Notes: generated by a model from the sequence alone, not told the origin. 64,000 bases of DNA from Rebecca billardiae RCC1528 (GCA_965240325.2 OZ260671.1:1-64000); one strand, 5' to 3'; positions 34,899 to 46,711 are shown, numbered from the stretch's first letter. Program-made: numbers and translations.

Positions 34899-37800
34899 AT
34901 GGGAAATTCTTGTGTATCGCGAGACACTTTATTTACAAACAAAGTCGTCGATAAGCGTCAACTTAAAGGTTTAATGTCTGACTTATTTAATAAGTATGGC
35001 CCTTCGAAGTGTACTTACGTTTCTGATAATTTAAAATTTTTGGGTTTCCATTTTGCAACCCAAGCTGGTCTTTCATTAAACGTTGAAGATTTACGTGTGC
35101 CTGATACTAAACGCCAAAATTTAGCTTTTGGTGAAAATTTTATCAGTGACGTTGAGGAATCTTTTGTTCGTGCTGATATTACTAGCGTAGACCGTTTCCA
35201 ATATATCATCGATAAATGGAGTTCGATTAGTGATAAGGTAAAAGAAGAAGTAGTTAATTATTTCGTAAAGACGGACCCTTTTAACCCAATTTATATGATG
35301 GCGTTCTCCGGAGCACGAGGAAATTTATCACAAGTTCGTCAGCTTATTGGGATGAGAGGGCTAATGGCCGACCCACAAGGCCAGCTTATAGGATTACCCA
35401 TTAAAAGTAATTTCCGTGAAGGTCTAACAGTTACCGAATATATCATTTCTTCTTATGGTGCAAGAAAAGGTATTGTAGACACAGCTTTACGTACAGCTGA
35501 CTCAGGTTATTTAACTCGACGTCTTGTTGATGTTTCTCAAGATATTATCGTTCGTGCGTTTGATTGTGGTACTAGTCGGGGAATAAAAGCAGCAACAAAC
35601 TCCAATATCACACTGCAAGGTCGTACTTTACTAAAAGACTTATTTGATAACGAGGGAAATATAATCCTTAGTAAAGATAAGCAAATTAGCCGAAAAACAA
35701 TAGAGTCTATAAAGACTAACAATATTAAATATATTGAGATTAGGTCATCTATTACCTGCAATTTAAACCATTCCGTATGCCAACTTTGTTATGGATGGAA
35801 CCTGGCCACTAGAAAATTAATAGATCTTGGCGAAGCAGTTGGTATTTTAGCTGCTCAGTCGATTGGTGAACCTGGTACACAATTAACTATGCGTACATTC
35901 CATACAGGTGGTACCTTTATGGGGACTCTTTCAGACGCCGTGTACTCTTTTACCGCCGGAAAGGTAAGTGTAGTTGGAGATAAGAAAAAATTTATACCTG
36001 AAAAATTTTCTGAAAGCGATTGGGCTATTAAAGTAAAGCAAGATTCGTCTTTACAGTTAAAAACTACTACAGACCGATTAATCTCATTAAAAGTACCTGC
36101 AAATTCTACTTTACCTTTTGCGACTAATGGTTTAGAGGTGAAAAGAAATGAGGTTATTCTTAAGCCACCCATCATTGAATCTACTGGTTCTGAACAAGTG
36201 ACAAAAAGAATATCTTCTGATAAAGAAGGTTTAGTTTTTTTAGACGGTTTAAGCCTCAAAGAAATAGAAGATAAAAACCAAAACAAGACTTTAATCGCCC
36301 AAAACCAAGGTTTTATATGGATTTGTTCTAGTAATGTGTTAAGTATTCCAACAAATGCGGAGGTTGAAGTTAAACCAGGGACTATTGTAAGAGAAAACAA
36401 ATGCTTTGTTAAAGTAAATTTTTCAAATTCTTACGGGGGGTTTTGTTTAGATAGTGCTGATGATAGAGCATTTAATATTTTACTAACTTCATACTTCTTA
36501 GACGATAGCTTCGTTACCCGAACAGAAGATAATAAATATATTCTTACTACTAAAGCAAACGAAAACTATTCCTTAGCTTTTACAAAGGTTTCTTATAGTG
36601 AAAATCTACAAATTATCGGCGAATCTAAGCCAAAACTTTCGTTTACGTACCAAAGTGGTCGAATTAAAATCGATTATTTACAAAACGAAAATGCTAGTAA
36701 ATCAAAGATAGGTAGTCAGCCACCTGGTTCATATATTCACTTAATTCCGGAATACTATTTCACAGTAGTCGCCACTTCAAAGCAGATTTTTGTTAAAGCT
36801 GGTGATTTTGTTGAAAAAGGTTTCGAACTTTTTACCGGAACTTTTTCCGAGCAACAAGGTATCGTTGACATACTTGAAGTCGACGAAGATACTTTTGATA
36901 TTATCTTACGACCAGGGATACTGGTTGATTCAAATTCAACATTTAAGAATACTTTTTCAAAAAATAATAAAAAAATCATTTCTTACCCTCAGGGCCTAGA
37001 AATTGGAGAAGGTTTTTCAGAACCGGAATTTATATATGTAGAACAGTTAGTCTTCGAAGAAGGTAAACAGTCTTACCTAATTTCGCCCGTAGAAACGTCT
37101 TTTATACCGCCTGAAAAAGAACTGAGTTTTGCAAATAATTACCAGAGTAGCGATTTCCAAAAACCATTCCGTATTTTCGAAAAAACCGAAATTCTGGTTA
37201 ATGAAGGCGATACAGTTAGGAATATTGATGAAAGTATACTTGTCTTAAAGCACCTCGTAATTGAATTTAATTTAATCCAAGGTAGGTTTAACGCAAATAT
37301 AAAATTAGAAAAATTAGCAAATAAAAATACGTTTGGATTAAAGGTAGATATTTTTGAAAAATTGAATACGTCTTTTGGTAAATTCAGCGCTGAATATATT
37401 CAGAATCAAAAACTCATCCATGAAAAACAGTATATTTATGGTTTAAGTAAAGCATACCAAAGCCAAATTCTTTCACAAGAGAAAAGTATTGTTACAGCAT
37501 TAGAACGCATTTCATCAAATAAAAAACTATTATGTTTAGCAAAAAAATCAGACTTCCAAATTTTCCAAAAAAACACGGACCAATTATTTAGCTCCAGAGA
37601 AAAATTAGCAAAAGATACCTATCTTTTTATTCGACGTGGTGATAAGTTCAATAATAATAAAGTTGCACAAGCAGCAGGTCGATTAACGATTAAAGAATTC
37701 AAAGAAAACGGTGCTAGTTTTACGGTTCTGCAACGTGCTAAACCTTACTTAATTGCCAAAAATTCAATCCTAAAAGCAAAACAAGACTACCTTATTCATA

Positions 37801-38717
37801 AAAATGACTTGATAGCTTTCCTTACTTATGAAGTGGCGAAGACAGAAGATATCATACAAGGTTTACCTAAAGTTGAAGAGCTTCTTGAAGCTCGACCACC
37901 TAAAAATAAATCTATTATTTCAACAATTCCTGGTTACGTGTCAGTAGTTTCAAAAATTGAAAATGAATATCCTGAAAGTAATGAATTAGTAACAATTAAT
38001 GTAAAAAATCAAGGTAACCTCGAAGAGAAATATACAGTACCGAAACTTAGAAAAATAGTAAAAACTGGCGATTTTGTAAACTTAGGAGATCGTTTAACAG
38101 ATGGTCAAGTAGACCTTCGTGAACTATTACAAGTAATTTTTGATTTTTATAGATCTATTTTAAAGCTAGACAACTATAGCGCCTCATTAAAAAGTTTCAA
38201 ACAAATCCAGATGATTCTCATAAGCGAGATTCAAAATGTTTACAAATCCCAAGGTGTTGATATCTCTGATAAGCATATCGAAATTATAGTTCGACAAATG
38301 ACTCAAAAAGTCAGGGTAGAAGATAGTGGAAAAACTACATTAGTTCCAGGAGAACTTGTTGATTTAGAGAAGATTCGTCGTATTAATGTCATTGCGGATT
38401 TCCAAGGCTATGAAACAGCAACATATACTCCAATACTTTTAGGAATAACTAAAGCTTCTTTAAGTACAGATAGTTTTATTTCGGCAGCAAGTTTCCAAGA
38501 AACAGCTCGTGTATTAACAAAAGCAGCTGTTGAAGGTAAAAAAGACTGGTTAAAAGGATTAAAGGAAAATGTAATTGTTGGCCGCCTTATCCCTGCCGGA
38601 ACTGGTTTTAAGCCAAACCAAATAAAAACTAACCTTCAAAAAGAAGATGAATCCGTTACTAATGACTTAAATATGGATGCATTAATACTAGACAAACGTA
38701 TTAAAAATCTAGAATAA
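34899..38717 (+). CDS. rpoC2: RNA polymerase beta''
   Basis: SGARG, TADSGYLTRRL, QSIGEPGTQLTMRTFH, large divergent insert, SFISAASFQET. Confidence 0.98.
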   Translation: MGNSCVSRDTLFTNKVVDKRQLKGLMSDLFNKYGPSKCTYVSDNLKFLGFHFATQAGLSLNVEDLRVPDTKRQNLAFGENFISDVEESFVRADITSVDRFQYIIDKWSSISDKVKEEVVNYFVKTDPFNPIYMMAFSGARGNLSQVRQLIGMRGLMADPQGQLIGLPIKSNFREGLTVTEYIISSYGARKGIVDTALRTADSGYLTRRLVDVSQDIIVRAFDCGTSRGIKAATNSNITLQGRTLLKDLFDNEGNIILSKDKQISRKTIESIKTNNIKYIEIRSSITCNLNHSVCQLCYGWNLATRKLIDLGEAVGILAAQSIGEPGTQLTMRTFHTGGTFMGTLSDAVYSFTAGKVSVVGDKKKFIPEKFSESDWAIKVKQDSSLQLKTTTDRLISLKVPANSTLPFATNGLEVKRNEVILKPPIIESTGSEQVTKRISSDKEGLVFLDGLSLKEIEDKNQNKTLIAQNQGFIWICSSNVLSIPTNAEVEVKPGTIVRENKCFVKVNFSNSYGGFCLDSADDRAFNILLTSYFLDDSFVTRTEDNKYILTTKANENYSLAFTKVSYSENLQIIGESKPKLSFTYQSGRIKIDYLQNENASKSKIGSQPPGSYIHLIPEYYFTVVATSKQIFVKAGDFVEKGFELFTGTFSEQQGIVDILEVDEDTFDIILRPGILVDSNSTFKNTFSKNNKKIISYPQGLEIGEGFSEPEFIYVEQLVFEEGKQSYLISPVETSFIPPEKELSFANNYQSSDFQKPFRIFEKTEILVNEGDTVRNIDESILVLKHLVIEFNLIQGRFNANIKLEKLANKNTFGLKVDIFEKLNTSFGKFSAEYIQNQKLIHEKQYIYGLSKAYQSQILSQEKSIVTALERISSNKKLLCLAKKSDFQIFQKNTDQLFSSREKLAKDTYLFIRRGDKFNNNKVAQAAGRLTIKEFKENGASFTVLQRAKPYLIAKNSILKAKQDYLIHKNDLIAFLTYEVAKTEDIIQGLPKVEELLEARPPKNKSIISTIPGYVSVVSKIENEYPESNELVTINVKNQGNLEEKYTVPKLRKIVKTGDFVNLGDRLTDGQVDLRELLQVIFDFYRSILKLDNYSASLKSFKQIQMILISEIQNVYKSQGVDISDKHIEIIVRQMTQKVRVEDSGKTTLVPGELVDLEKIRRINVIADFQGYETATYTPILLGITKASLSTDSFISAASFQETARVLTKAAVEGKKDWLKGLKENVIVGRLIPAGTGFKPNQIKTNLQKEDESVTNDLNMDALILDKRIKNLE

Positions 38718-38777
38718 TTAATAATGATGTCACACTATTGAATTTCAACAACTAAAGTAAAATTAAATTAAAACCGG

Positions 38778-39488
38778 ATGGAAAATTTAACATTAACCGA
38801 ACTTTTAGAAGCGGGTGTACACTTCGGTCACCAATCGCAAAGATGGAACCCGAAAGCGTTTCCTTATATATTTTCAGAGCGAAACGGTATACACATTATC
38901 GATTTAGTTCAAACCACTCAGCTATTAAAATATGCTTATAAATATTTATATAACGAAGCAAAGAACGGCGGTGAATTCCTTTTTGTCGGAACTAAAACGC
39001 AAGCTTCAAAAATAGTTGCACAAGAGGCAGAAAAATGCTCTTCTCATTACGTGAACCAAAGATGGTTAGGTGGTTTATTAACAAACTGGGAAACTCTTCA
39101 AAAGCGTGTTAACCGTTTAAAATACCTAGAAAAAATGCAAGAAGAGGGTGGCTTTAACGGCTTACCAAAAAAAGAAGTTGCGGTTCTAAAAAAAGAATTA
39201 GATCTTTTAAAGAAGAATCTAGAGGGTATTAAAAATATGGGAGGTTTACCATCCGCCGTAATTGTAGTAGATCAAAAACGTGAGAAAGGTGCAGTACTTG
39301 AAGCAAGAAAATTAGGAATACCTGTGGTTTCTCTATTAGATACAAATTGTGACCCAGACCTTATAGATATTTTAGTTCCTGCAAATGACGATGCGGTAAG
39401 CTCAATTGAGTTAATATTAAGTAAGCTTTCTGATGCTATTAAAGAAGGTAAAGCTGCATCTAGCGAAGCAGTATTTACGGGCGATTAA
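38778..39488 (+). CDS. rps2: 30S ribosomal protein S2
   Basis: [29 protein letters not shown]. Confidence 0.98.
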   Translation: MENLTLTELLEAGVHFGHQSQRWNPKAFPYIFSERNGIHIIDLVQTTQLLKYAYKYLYNEAKNGGEFLFVGTKTQASKIVAQEAEKCSSHYVNQRWLGGLLTNWETLQKRVNRLKYLEKMQEEGGFNGLPKKEVAVLKKELDLLKKNLEGIKNMGGLPSAVIVVDQKREKGAVLEARKLGIPVVSLLDTNCDPDLIDILVPANDDAVSSIELILSKLSDAIKEGKAASSEAVFTGD

Positions 39489-39560
39489 AAATAAAATTTG
39501 ACCAAAACAATTTTTTGATTATACTTGTATCTATATGGATATAATATTCAATATAATCAC

Positions 39561-39633
39561 GCGTCCTTAGTTCAGTTGGTAGAACGTTGGTCTCCAAAAC
39601 CAAATGTCGAGGGTTCAAGTCCTTCAGGGCGTG
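39561..39633 (+). tRNA. trnW: tRNA-Trp(CCA)
   Basis: GCGTCCT/AGGGCGT acceptor, TTGGT-CTCCAAA-ACCAA. Confidence 0.95.
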
Positions 39634-39798
39634 TAAATTTGGTAAAAATAAAATTGATGATATTTTTTTTATTATTGAGTATATAATAATGGTGTATAAA
39701 CTACGAAGGTATATTGGTTTGTTTATCAATGCCAGATAAAAACCGTAGTTGGGAAAATAAATTACTTTTATATAAGATAAAAATCTTGGAGAAAAAAC

Positions 39799-40854
39799 AT
39801 GACTATTTCAATCGGTAAAGAATCAGAACGTAGCACGTTCGATCTTATTGATGACTGGCTAAAGCGCGATCGATTCGTATTCGTTGGTTGGTCTGGTCTA
39901 CTACTATTCCCTTGTAGTTATCTAGCTCTTGGAGGATGGTTAACAGGGACAACATTTGTAACATCATGGTACACTCACGGATTAGCAAGTTCATACCTAG
40001 AAGGTTGTAACTTCCTAACAACTGCTGTTTCTACTCCAGCAAACAGTATGGGTCACTCACTACTATTCCTTTGGGGACCTGAGGCACAAGGTGATTTTAC
40101 TAGATGGTGTCAAATCGGAGGCCTTTGGGCTTTCATCGCTCTACACGGAGCTTTTGGACTAATTGGATTCTGTCTACGTCAATTCGAAATTGCTCGTCTT
40201 GTAGGTATTCGCCCGTACAACGCGATTGCCTTCTCTGGACCAATCTCGATTTTCGTTTCAGTATTCTTACTTTACCCATTAGGACAAGCTAGTTGGTTCT
40301 TCGCACCTAGTTTTGGTGTAGCTGCGATTTTCCGTTTCCTACTATTCCTACAAGGTTTCCACAACTGGACTCTTAACCCATTCCACATGATGGGTGTTGC
40401 AGGTATCTTAGGTGGAGCACTTCTTTGTGCGATTCACGGTGCAACTGTAGAGAACACTCTATTCGAAGATGGTGATGCTGCAAACACTTTCCGTGCATTC
40501 AGCCCTACACAATCGGAAGAGACTTACTCAATGGTTACAGCTAACCGTTTCTGGTCACAAATTTTTGGTGTAGCTTTCTCAAACAAGCGTTGGCTTCACT
40601 TCTTCATGCTATTCGTACCAGTAGCTGGTCTATGGGCTAGTTCTCTTGGTATTGTAGGTTTAGCACTAAACCTACGTGCTTACGACTTCGTATCTCAAGA
40701 GCTAAGAGCTGCAGAAGATCCAGAATTCGAAACATTCTACACTAAGAACAACCTTCTAAACGAAGGTATCCGCGCATGGATGGCTGCACAAGATCAGCCG
40801 CACGAAAACTTTGTATTCCCTGAGGAGGTATTACCACGTGGAAACGCCCTTTAA
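39799..40854 (+). CDS. psbD: Photosystem II D2 protein
   Basis: DDWLKRDRF...[10 protein letters not shown]. Confidence 0.99.
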   Translation: MTISIGKESERSTFDLIDDWLKRDRFVFVGWSGLLLFPCSYLALGGWLTGTTFVTSWYTHGLASSYLEGCNFLTTAVSTPANSMGHSLLFLWGPEAQGDFTRWCQIGGLWAFIALHGAFGLIGFCLRQFEIARLVGIRPYNAIAFSGPISIFVSVFLLYPLGQASWFFAPSFGVAAIFRFLLFLQGFHNWTLNPFHMMGVAGILGGALLCAIHGATVENTLFEDGDAANTFRAFSPTQSEETYSMVTANRFWSQIFGVAFSNKRWLHFFMLFVPVAGLWASSLGIVGLALNLRAYDFVSQELRAAEDPEFETFYTKNNLLNEGIRAWMAAQDQPHENFVFPEEVLPRGNAL

Positions 40855-42220
40855 TGCACCAGTAGTAGCAGGCCGTGATATTGAATCTACAGGTTTTGCT
40901 TGGTGGGCAGGAAACGCTCGCCTAATTAACGTATCAGGAAAGCTTTTAGGAGCTCACGTAGCACACGCAGGATTAATGGTATTCTGGGCTGGAGCTATGT
41001 GTCTTTTTGAGGTTGCTCACTTCTTACCAGAGAAGCCTTTATATGAGCAAGGTCTTATTTGTCTACCTCACCTAGCTGCTCTAGGTTGGGGTGTAGGACC
41101 AGGTGGTGAAATTATTGATACATACCCGTACTTCGTAGTGGGTGTAGTTCACTTAATTTCATCAGCAGTTTTAGGATTTGGTGGTGTTTACCACTCACTA
41201 ATCGGGCCAGATACTCTAGAAGAGTCATTCCCATTCTTTGGTTATGACTGGCGTGATAAGAACAAGATGACTACAATTCTAGGAATTCACCTTATCTTCC
41301 TAGGGCTTGGTTCTCTTCTACTTGTATCTAAAGCTATGTTCTTTGGAGGACTTTACGACACTTGGGCTCCAGGTGGTGGTGACGTACGTCTAGTAGCGAA
41401 CCCAACACTTAACCCAGGAGCAATCTTTAACTACGTTCTTAAGTCGCCTTTCGGTGGTGATGGATGGATTGTAAGTGTAAACAACTTAGAAGATCTAGTT
41501 GGTGGACACGTTTGGATTGGTCTAATGTGTGTTGTTGGTGGAGTTTTCCACATTGTAACTAAGCCTTTTGCATGGGCACGTCGTGGATTTGTTTGGTCAG
41601 GTGAAGCTTACCTATCTTACAGCCAAGGTGCTCTATCTCTTATGGGTCTAGTTGCAAGTGTATTCGTTTGGTACAACAACACTGCTTACCCTAGTGAGTT
41701 CTTCGGTCCTACAGGTCCTGAAGCTTCACAGAGTCAAGCATTCACATTCCTAGTACGTGACCAAAGACTAGGTGCTAACGTAGCATCTGCTCAAGGTCCT
41801 ACAGGACTAGGTAAATACCTAATGCGTTCACCTTCAGGTGAGATCATTCTAGGTGGTGAAACAATGCGTTTCTGGGATCTACGTGCTCCATGGCTAGAGC
41901 CTCTACGTGGACCTAACGGTTTAGATCTAAACAAGATTCGTAACGACATTCAACCATGGCAAGAAAGACGTGCTGCAGAGTACATGACTCACGCACCTCT
42001 AGGGGCTCTTAACTCAGTAGGTGGTGTAGCAACTGAAATTAACTCAGTAAACTACGTAAACCCTCGTTCTTGGTTAACAGCTTCTCACTTCTTCCTAGGT
42101 TTCTTCTTCTGGGTAGCTCACCTATGGCACGCAGGACGTGCTCGTGCAGCTGCTGCTGGATTCGAGAAAGGAATTGATCGTGAAAACGAACCGGCTCTAT
42201 CTCTAAAACCTCTAGACTAA
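40838..42220 (+). CDS. psbC: Photosystem II CP43; GTG start overlapping psbD by 17 nt
   Basis: GAGGAGG RBS then GTG GAA ACG CCC TTT AAT; [12 protein letters not shown]; conserved psbD/psbC overlap. Confidence 0.97.
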   Translation: METPFNAPVVAGRDIESTGFAWWAGNARLINVSGKLLGAHVAHAGLMVFWAGAMCLFEVAHFLPEKPLYEQGLICLPHLAALGWGVGPGGEIIDTYPYFVVGVVHLISSAVLGFGGVYHSLIGPDTLEESFPFFGYDWRDKNKMTTILGIHLIFLGLGSLLLVSKAMFFGGLYDTWAPGGGDVRLVANPTLNPGAIFNYVLKSPFGGDGWIVSVNNLEDLVGGHVWIGLMCVVGGVFHIVTKPFAWARRGFVWSGEAYLSYSQGALSLMGLVASVFVWYNNTAYPSEFFGPTGPEASQSQAFTFLVRDQRLGANVASAQGPTGLGKYLMRSPSGEIILGGETMRFWDLRAPWLEPLRGPNGLDLNKIRNDIQPWQERRAAEYMTHAPLGALNSVGGVATEINSVNYVNPRSWLTASHFFLGFFFWVAHLWHAGRARAAAAGFEKGIDRENEPALSLKPLD

Positions 42221-42248
42221 TTATCTAGATAAAAGGTTTTAATTCAAG

Positions 42249-42285
42249 AAAAGCAATAGCTTACTTAATGTAAGCTATTGCTTTT
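42249..42285. terminator. Bidirectional terminator-like hairpin after psbC
   Basis: AAAAGCAATAGCTTAC-ttaat-GTAAGCTATTGCTTTT 16-bp perfect stem followed by a T run. Confidence 0.85.
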
Positions 42286-42292
42286 TTTTTTA

Positions 42293-42344
42293 AGCGAATG
42301 TAGGGATTTGAACCCTAAATTAGTCCTAATAAACTAACATTCGC
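42293..42344 (-). ncRNA. tRNA-like mini element lacking an anticodon arm (t-element or tRNA pseudogene)
   Basis: Minus strand GCGAATG TT AGTT-TATTAG-GACT AATT TAGGG-TTCAAAT-CCCTA CATTCGC T: 7-bp acceptor, D-like hairpin and canonical T-arm. Confidence 0.7.
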
Positions 42345-42373
42345 CATAAAGGTAATAGTAATTAAACTAAGAA

Positions 42374-43240
42374 TTAATCCTCAAAAACACGACTCTTTAA
42401 AATATCCTCAGCTTGGATAGTAACAAGGTCCGATTTAGTTAGAACATCTTGGTTCGATGAGAAGATACGGTTAGCTTGACGCATACGGCTTCTATCTAAT
42501 GCGTTACGGATGCTTCGAGCATTTGCAAAATGTGGAAGCCCACGTCTACGATCAATATACTTAAATAGTGCATCTTCCGCATCTGGCGTTAACACATATT
42601 GCTGTTCATCTAGAATAAGTTTTCCGATTTGTACAAGCTCTTCTGGCGTGTAATCTGGGAAGTCGACGTGGTTAGCAACACGAGAGGATAGTCCAGGGTT
42701 AGATTCATAGAATTTATCCATTTTTTCTTTATAACCTGCGAAAATCATAACAAGCTCATCACGCTTATTTTCCATTACCTGTAGGATAATTTCAATGGCT
42801 TCTGAACCATAGTCACGCTCGTTATCTGGCTTGTATAAGTAGTAAGCTTCGTCGATGAATAATACACCACCCATAGCGTTCTTTAGTACTTGCTTAGTTT
42901 TTGGTGCAGTGTGTCCGATGTACTGACCTACAAGATCATCACGTGTAACAGTTAAAAGTTGAGCCTTCTTAATGTAATTTAAGCGATATAAAATGTCGGC
43001 CATCTTTTCTGCAACTGTAGTTTTTCCAGTACCAGGACTTCCTGTAAATGACATGTGTAGACCTGGACTAGATGAAGTAAGGCCTAGGTTTTTTCTTAAG
43101 CGGTGCACTAATAGAAGCGCGGCGATTTCTTTAATTCTTTGCTTTACTGGGCGAAGCCCTACTAGATCAGTTTCTAATTGGTCTAGAAGCTCTTGAATTT
43201 GAGTGTTTTTATATTCTTCCTGTAAATTTAATGAAGACAT
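42374..43240 (-). CDS. cbbX: Red-type Rubisco activase CbbX
   Basis: [49 protein letters not shown]. Confidence 0.98.
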   Translation of the reverse strand: MSSLNLQEEYKNTQIQELLDQLETDLVGLRPVKQRIKEIAALLLVHRLRKNLGLTSSSPGLHMSFTGSPGTGKTTVAEKMADILYRLNYIKKAQLLTVTRDDLVGQYIGHTAPKTKQVLKNAMGGVLFIDEAYYLYKPDNERDYGSEAIEIILQVMENKRDELVMIFAGYKEKMDKFYESNPGLSSRVANHVDFPDYTPEELVQIGKLILDEQQYVLTPDAEDALFKYIDRRRGLPHFANARSIRNALDRSRMRQANRIFSSNQDVLTKSDLVTIQAEDILKSRVFED

Positions 43241-43334
43241 AGTTATATACCAAAAATTTAAATAATTAAATACATTTCTTTATTAATTAGCTATCCTAAA
43301 TTGTACCTAAATAAAAAGAAGTTTATTAAATATG

Positions 43335-43366
43335 TGTATCAAGATGGGTATATCCACCTTGATACA
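43335..43366. terminator. Stem-loop 3' of psaL
   Basis: TGTATCAAG...CTTGATACA. Confidence 0.55.
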
Positions 43367-43371
43367 AGAAG

Positions 43372-43806
43372 TTAGAATAGGAAAGCTGCGTTCAAAATAA
43401 GTAAGTAAACAAAGCCAGCTCCACCAGCCCCACCTACAAAGAAACCAGCTGTAAAGCTACTCCAACCCTGTGAAGTTTGTAATGGATCTGAACCTTCGTC
43501 ATCGAAAGAAACAATTCCATACATAGTTAAACCCGCTGTTAATAAAATGATAAGGCCAAATGTAGAAAGTAAACCTGCAAGTAATGCAACTTCAGAGTCT
43601 CTAAGTGGACCTAACTTATAAAAGGGGCCTAATAGAAAATAACCATGAGCCATACCTACTTCTAGACCACGTAAAAGAGGCGAAAGGTCTTTACGGTAAA
43701 TAGGTAAATTTAAAAGCCAAGTCTTCGTAAAAGCTGAAGCTGTAATAGGTGTAGCTAAATTACCAACAAATGGATCGTTATTATAAGGTTTAATAAACTC
43801 CGACAT
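43372..43806 (-). CDS. psaL: Photosystem I subunit XI
   Basis: [29 protein letters not shown]. Confidence 0.97.
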   Translation of the reverse strand: MSEFIKPYNNDPFVGNLATPITASAFTKTWLLNLPIYRKDLSPLLRGLEVGMAHGYFLLGPFYKLGPLRDSEVALLAGLLSTFGLIILLTAGLTMYGIVSFDDEGSDPLQTSQGWSSFTAGFFVGGAGGAGFVYLLILNAAFLF

Positions 43807-43985
43807 AAGAAGTCTCCTATATTAATATGTGATAGATTTTAGTTTATTTATATTCTCAGTATAAATCATTTAACGGCGTTTTTATAAAAACTCTTTGTAA
43901 GAATTGCTCAAATAAACAACTTTATTGTATCATTTACAGTAATAAATTTTAAATTCTTACGAAAAAAAAAAGAAAGGTAGCTAAA

Positions 43986-45572
43986 ATGAGTAAATCTATA
44001 TTATATAACGAAACAGCTCGACAAGCTTTAGAGAAAGGAATGGATATTTTATGTAAAGCGGTTGCTACAACATTAGGACCTCGTGGACGAAACGTCGTAA
44101 TAGAACGCAAATACGGTGCACCCCAAATTATCAATGATGGCGTTTCAATTGCAAAAGAAATTGAATTAAAAAATCATATTGAAAATACAGGTGTAGCTCT
44201 AATCCGCCAAGCGGCTTCTAAAACGAATGAAGTATCTGGAGATGGAACAAGTACAGCAACAGTTTTAGCCCACGCAATGGTTAAACAGGGTATGAAAAAC
44301 TTGGCGGCAGGTGCAAACCCAATAGCATTAAAACGAGGGATTGAAAAAGCATCTGCCTTTATTGTGAACCAAATCTCTGAATATGCCCAACCAGTAGAAG
44401 ATACAAATTCGATAATGCAGGTAGGTGCTGTTTCAGCAGGAAATGATGCTGAGACTGGTAAACTAATCGCTGATGCGTTAGAAAAAGTAGGAAGAGACGG
44501 AGTTATTTCGTTAGAAGAAGGGAAATCTACAGTTACTGAGTTAGAAGTAATTGAAGGGATGAGTTTTGATCGAGGTATGATTTCACCATACTTTGCATCA
44601 GAAGGCGAACGTATGGAAGTTGTTTTAGAAAACGCTTATGTTCTCTTAACTGATAAAAAAATTACATTAGTTCAACAAGACTTACTACCAGTTCTTGAGC
44701 TCGTAACAAAGACAGGGCGACCTTTATTAATTATCGCAGATGATGTTGAAAAAGAAGCTTTAGCAACACTAGTAGTAAATAAACTTCGTGGAATTCTAAA
44801 CGTTGTTGCGATTAGATGCCCAGGGTTTGGAGACCGTAGAAAGACGTTCCTAGACGATATCGGTATTCTTACAGGAGGTAAAGTAGTTTCTGATGATATT
44901 GGAGCTTCATTACAAAATGTAGACTTAGAAATGCTTGGCGAAGTTAAGAAGGTAATTGTTACAAAAGAAAATACTACATTAATATCTGACTACTTTAAGG
45001 AAGAAGTTCAAGCGAGATGTACTCAGCTACGACGTCAATACGATTTAGCAGATACGGGATATGAAAAAGAGAAGATTCAAGAAAGACTTGCAAAGCTTGG
45101 TGGTGGTGTAGCATTATTAAAAGTAGGGGCAGCTACTGAAACGGAAATGAAAGATAAAAAGCTACGCCTTGAAGACGCGATCAACGCAACAAAAGCTGCA
45201 GTGGAAGAAGGTATTGTTCCTGGTGGAGGGGCTACGCTTGTTCATATTGCAGATGATTTACATGAGTGGGCAGAAGAAAACTTAGAAGGAGATGAACTTA
45301 TAGGAGCGACTATAGTAGAAAAGTCTATTATATCTCCACTGCAAGCAATTGTAGCTAACTCAGGAAATGTTGGAGCTGTTATTGTTTCAAAAGTGAAAAA
45401 ACTAGATTTTAATTTTGGTTATAATGCAGCAAATGGAAAGTTTGTTGATATGATTGAAGCTGGTATAATAGATCCAGCAAAAGTAACGAGATCTGCTGTA
45501 CAAAACGCAGCATCAATTGCTAGTATGGTCTTAACGACAGAGTGTTTAATCGTTAATAGTGAGAAAGACTAA
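43986..45572 (+). CDS. groEL: Chaperonin 60
   Basis: [36 protein letters not shown]. Confidence 0.98.
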   Translation: MSKSILYNETARQALEKGMDILCKAVATTLGPRGRNVVIERKYGAPQIINDGVSIAKEIELKNHIENTGVALIRQAASKTNEVSGDGTSTATVLAHAMVKQGMKNLAAGANPIALKRGIEKASAFIVNQISEYAQPVEDTNSIMQVGAVSAGNDAETGKLIADALEKVGRDGVISLEEGKSTVTELEVIEGMSFDRGMISPYFASEGERMEVVLENAYVLLTDKKITLVQQDLLPVLELVTKTGRPLLIIADDVEKEALATLVVNKLRGILNVVAIRCPGFGDRRKTFLDDIGILTGGKVVSDDIGASLQNVDLEMLGEVKKVIVTKENTTLISDYFKEEVQARCTQLRRQYDLADTGYEKEKIQERLAKLGGGVALLKVGAATETEMKDKKLRLEDAINATKAAVEEGIVPGGGATLVHIADDLHEWAEENLEGDELIGATIVEKSIISPLQAIVANSGNVGAVIVSKVKKLDFNFGYNAANGKFVDMIEAGIIDPAKVTRSAVQNAASIASMVLTTECLIVNSEKD

Positions 45573-45634
45573 AAAACAATTATTAACTACTCAACTTTTT
45601 ATATAAATAATAAAAATTTAATAGGTGTGTTAAA

Positions 45635-45949
45635 ATGAATTATGCTATTGTTGAAGCATGTGGAAAACAGTACTGGTTTGAACCAGGCTTTTTCTATGAA
45701 GTAGATCGGCTGGCTGGAACAAAGCCTGGTGATAAAATATCTTTTAATAAGATACTACTTTTTAAAGATGGAAGTACTACAACTGTAGGTAAACCATGTA
45801 TTGAAAATGTTACTGTAAATGCGACAGTAATGAAACATTCACTGGATAAAAAACTTGTTGTATTTAAAATGCGACCAAAAAAGCGTAGTAGATTTAAAAC
45901 TGGGTTCCGTCGCAAGACTACTCGTATACACATAGATTCAATAAACTAA
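45635..45949 (+). CDS. rpl21: 50S ribosomal protein L21
   Basis: YAIVEACGKQY, VGKP, FKMRPKK. Confidence 0.95.
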   Translation: MNYAIVEACGKQYWFEPGFFYEVDRLAGTKPGDKISFNKILLFKDGSTTTVGKPCIENVTVNATVMKHSLDKKLVVFKMRPKKRSRFKTGFRRKTTRIHIDSIN

Positions 45950-45955
45950 AAAAAA

Positions 45956-46207
45956 ATGGCACATAAAAAAGGTAGCGGGAGTACTAAAAATGGCCGTGAC
46001 TCACAAGCACAACGTCGCGGTGTAAAAGCTTACGGTGAGCAATTAGTTACTCCAGGAAGTATAATAGTTAGACAGCTTGGTACAAAATTTAAACCAGGTT
46101 ATAACGTAGGAATGGGGAAAGATTACACTATTTTTTCTCTTGTACATGGAAAGGTTTCTTTTAAGAAAAGTCAGGGATCATGCTCAATTAACGTGGTTCC
46201 AGCTTAA
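45956..46207 (+). CDS. rpl27: 50S ribosomal protein L27
   Basis: [16 protein letters not shown]. Confidence 0.97.
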   Translation: MAHKKGSGSTKNGRDSQAQRRGVKAYGEQLVTPGSIIVRQLGTKFKPGYNVGMGKDYTIFSLVHGKVSFKKSQGSCSINVVPA

Positions 46208-46270
46208 TTAAGCTAAAGGAGTTCAATTTTTCCTTCCAAAATTTTAAATTCAAATTTGAACAAAAAAACT

Positions 46271-46711
46271 ATGAGTGATTTAAATTGGCAATCTGCTACT
46301 CCAACATTTGGTGGAGGTACTGGTGGTTGGTTAAAAGCTGGTGAAAGCGAAGAGAAGTATGCGATGACTTGGACAGGGCCAGGCGAAAAAATTTTCGAAC
46401 TCCCTACTGGCGGTGCTGCTATTATGAAACAGGGTGAAAACCTTGTTTACTTTGCTAGAAAAGAGCAATGTTTAGCATTAGGTTCACAACTTCGTACAGG
46501 TTTTAAAATTAATGACTACAAAATTTACCGTATCTTTTCAACAGGTGAAGTACAATACTTACACCCGAAAGATGGTTCTTTCCCTGAAAAGGTAAACGAA
46601 GGTCGTGTAGGAGTAAATAACGTAAACCACTCAATTGGTAAGAATTTAGAACCATCTAAGGTTAAGTACACAAACAAAGATATTAGTGAATCTTTAAGTG
46701 TTATTGGGTAA
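46271..46711 (+). CDS. psaD: Photosystem I subunit II (ATG at 46271; the ORF track extends to TTG 46256)
   Basis: [42 protein letters not shown]. Confidence 0.96.
   Translation: MSDLNWQSATPTFGGGTGGWLKAGESEEKYAMTWTGPGEKIFELPTGGAAIMKQGENLVYFARKEQCLALGSQLRTGFKINDYKIYRIFSTGEVQYLHPKDGSFPEKVNEGRVGVNNVNHSIGKNLEPSKVKYTNKDISESLSVIG

Noticed and set aside
35900-37830. Long poorly conserved middle of rpoC2 as a possible intein or intron ORF
   Set aside because: It lies at the position of the normal cyanobacterial/plastid trigger-loop insertion (after TMRTFH, before DIIQGLP) and has no intein terminal or endonuclease motifs.
40811-40837. TTG start for psbC in the ORF track
   Set aside because: The conserved GTG at 40838 has a GAGGAGG RBS and gives the standard CP43 N-terminus.
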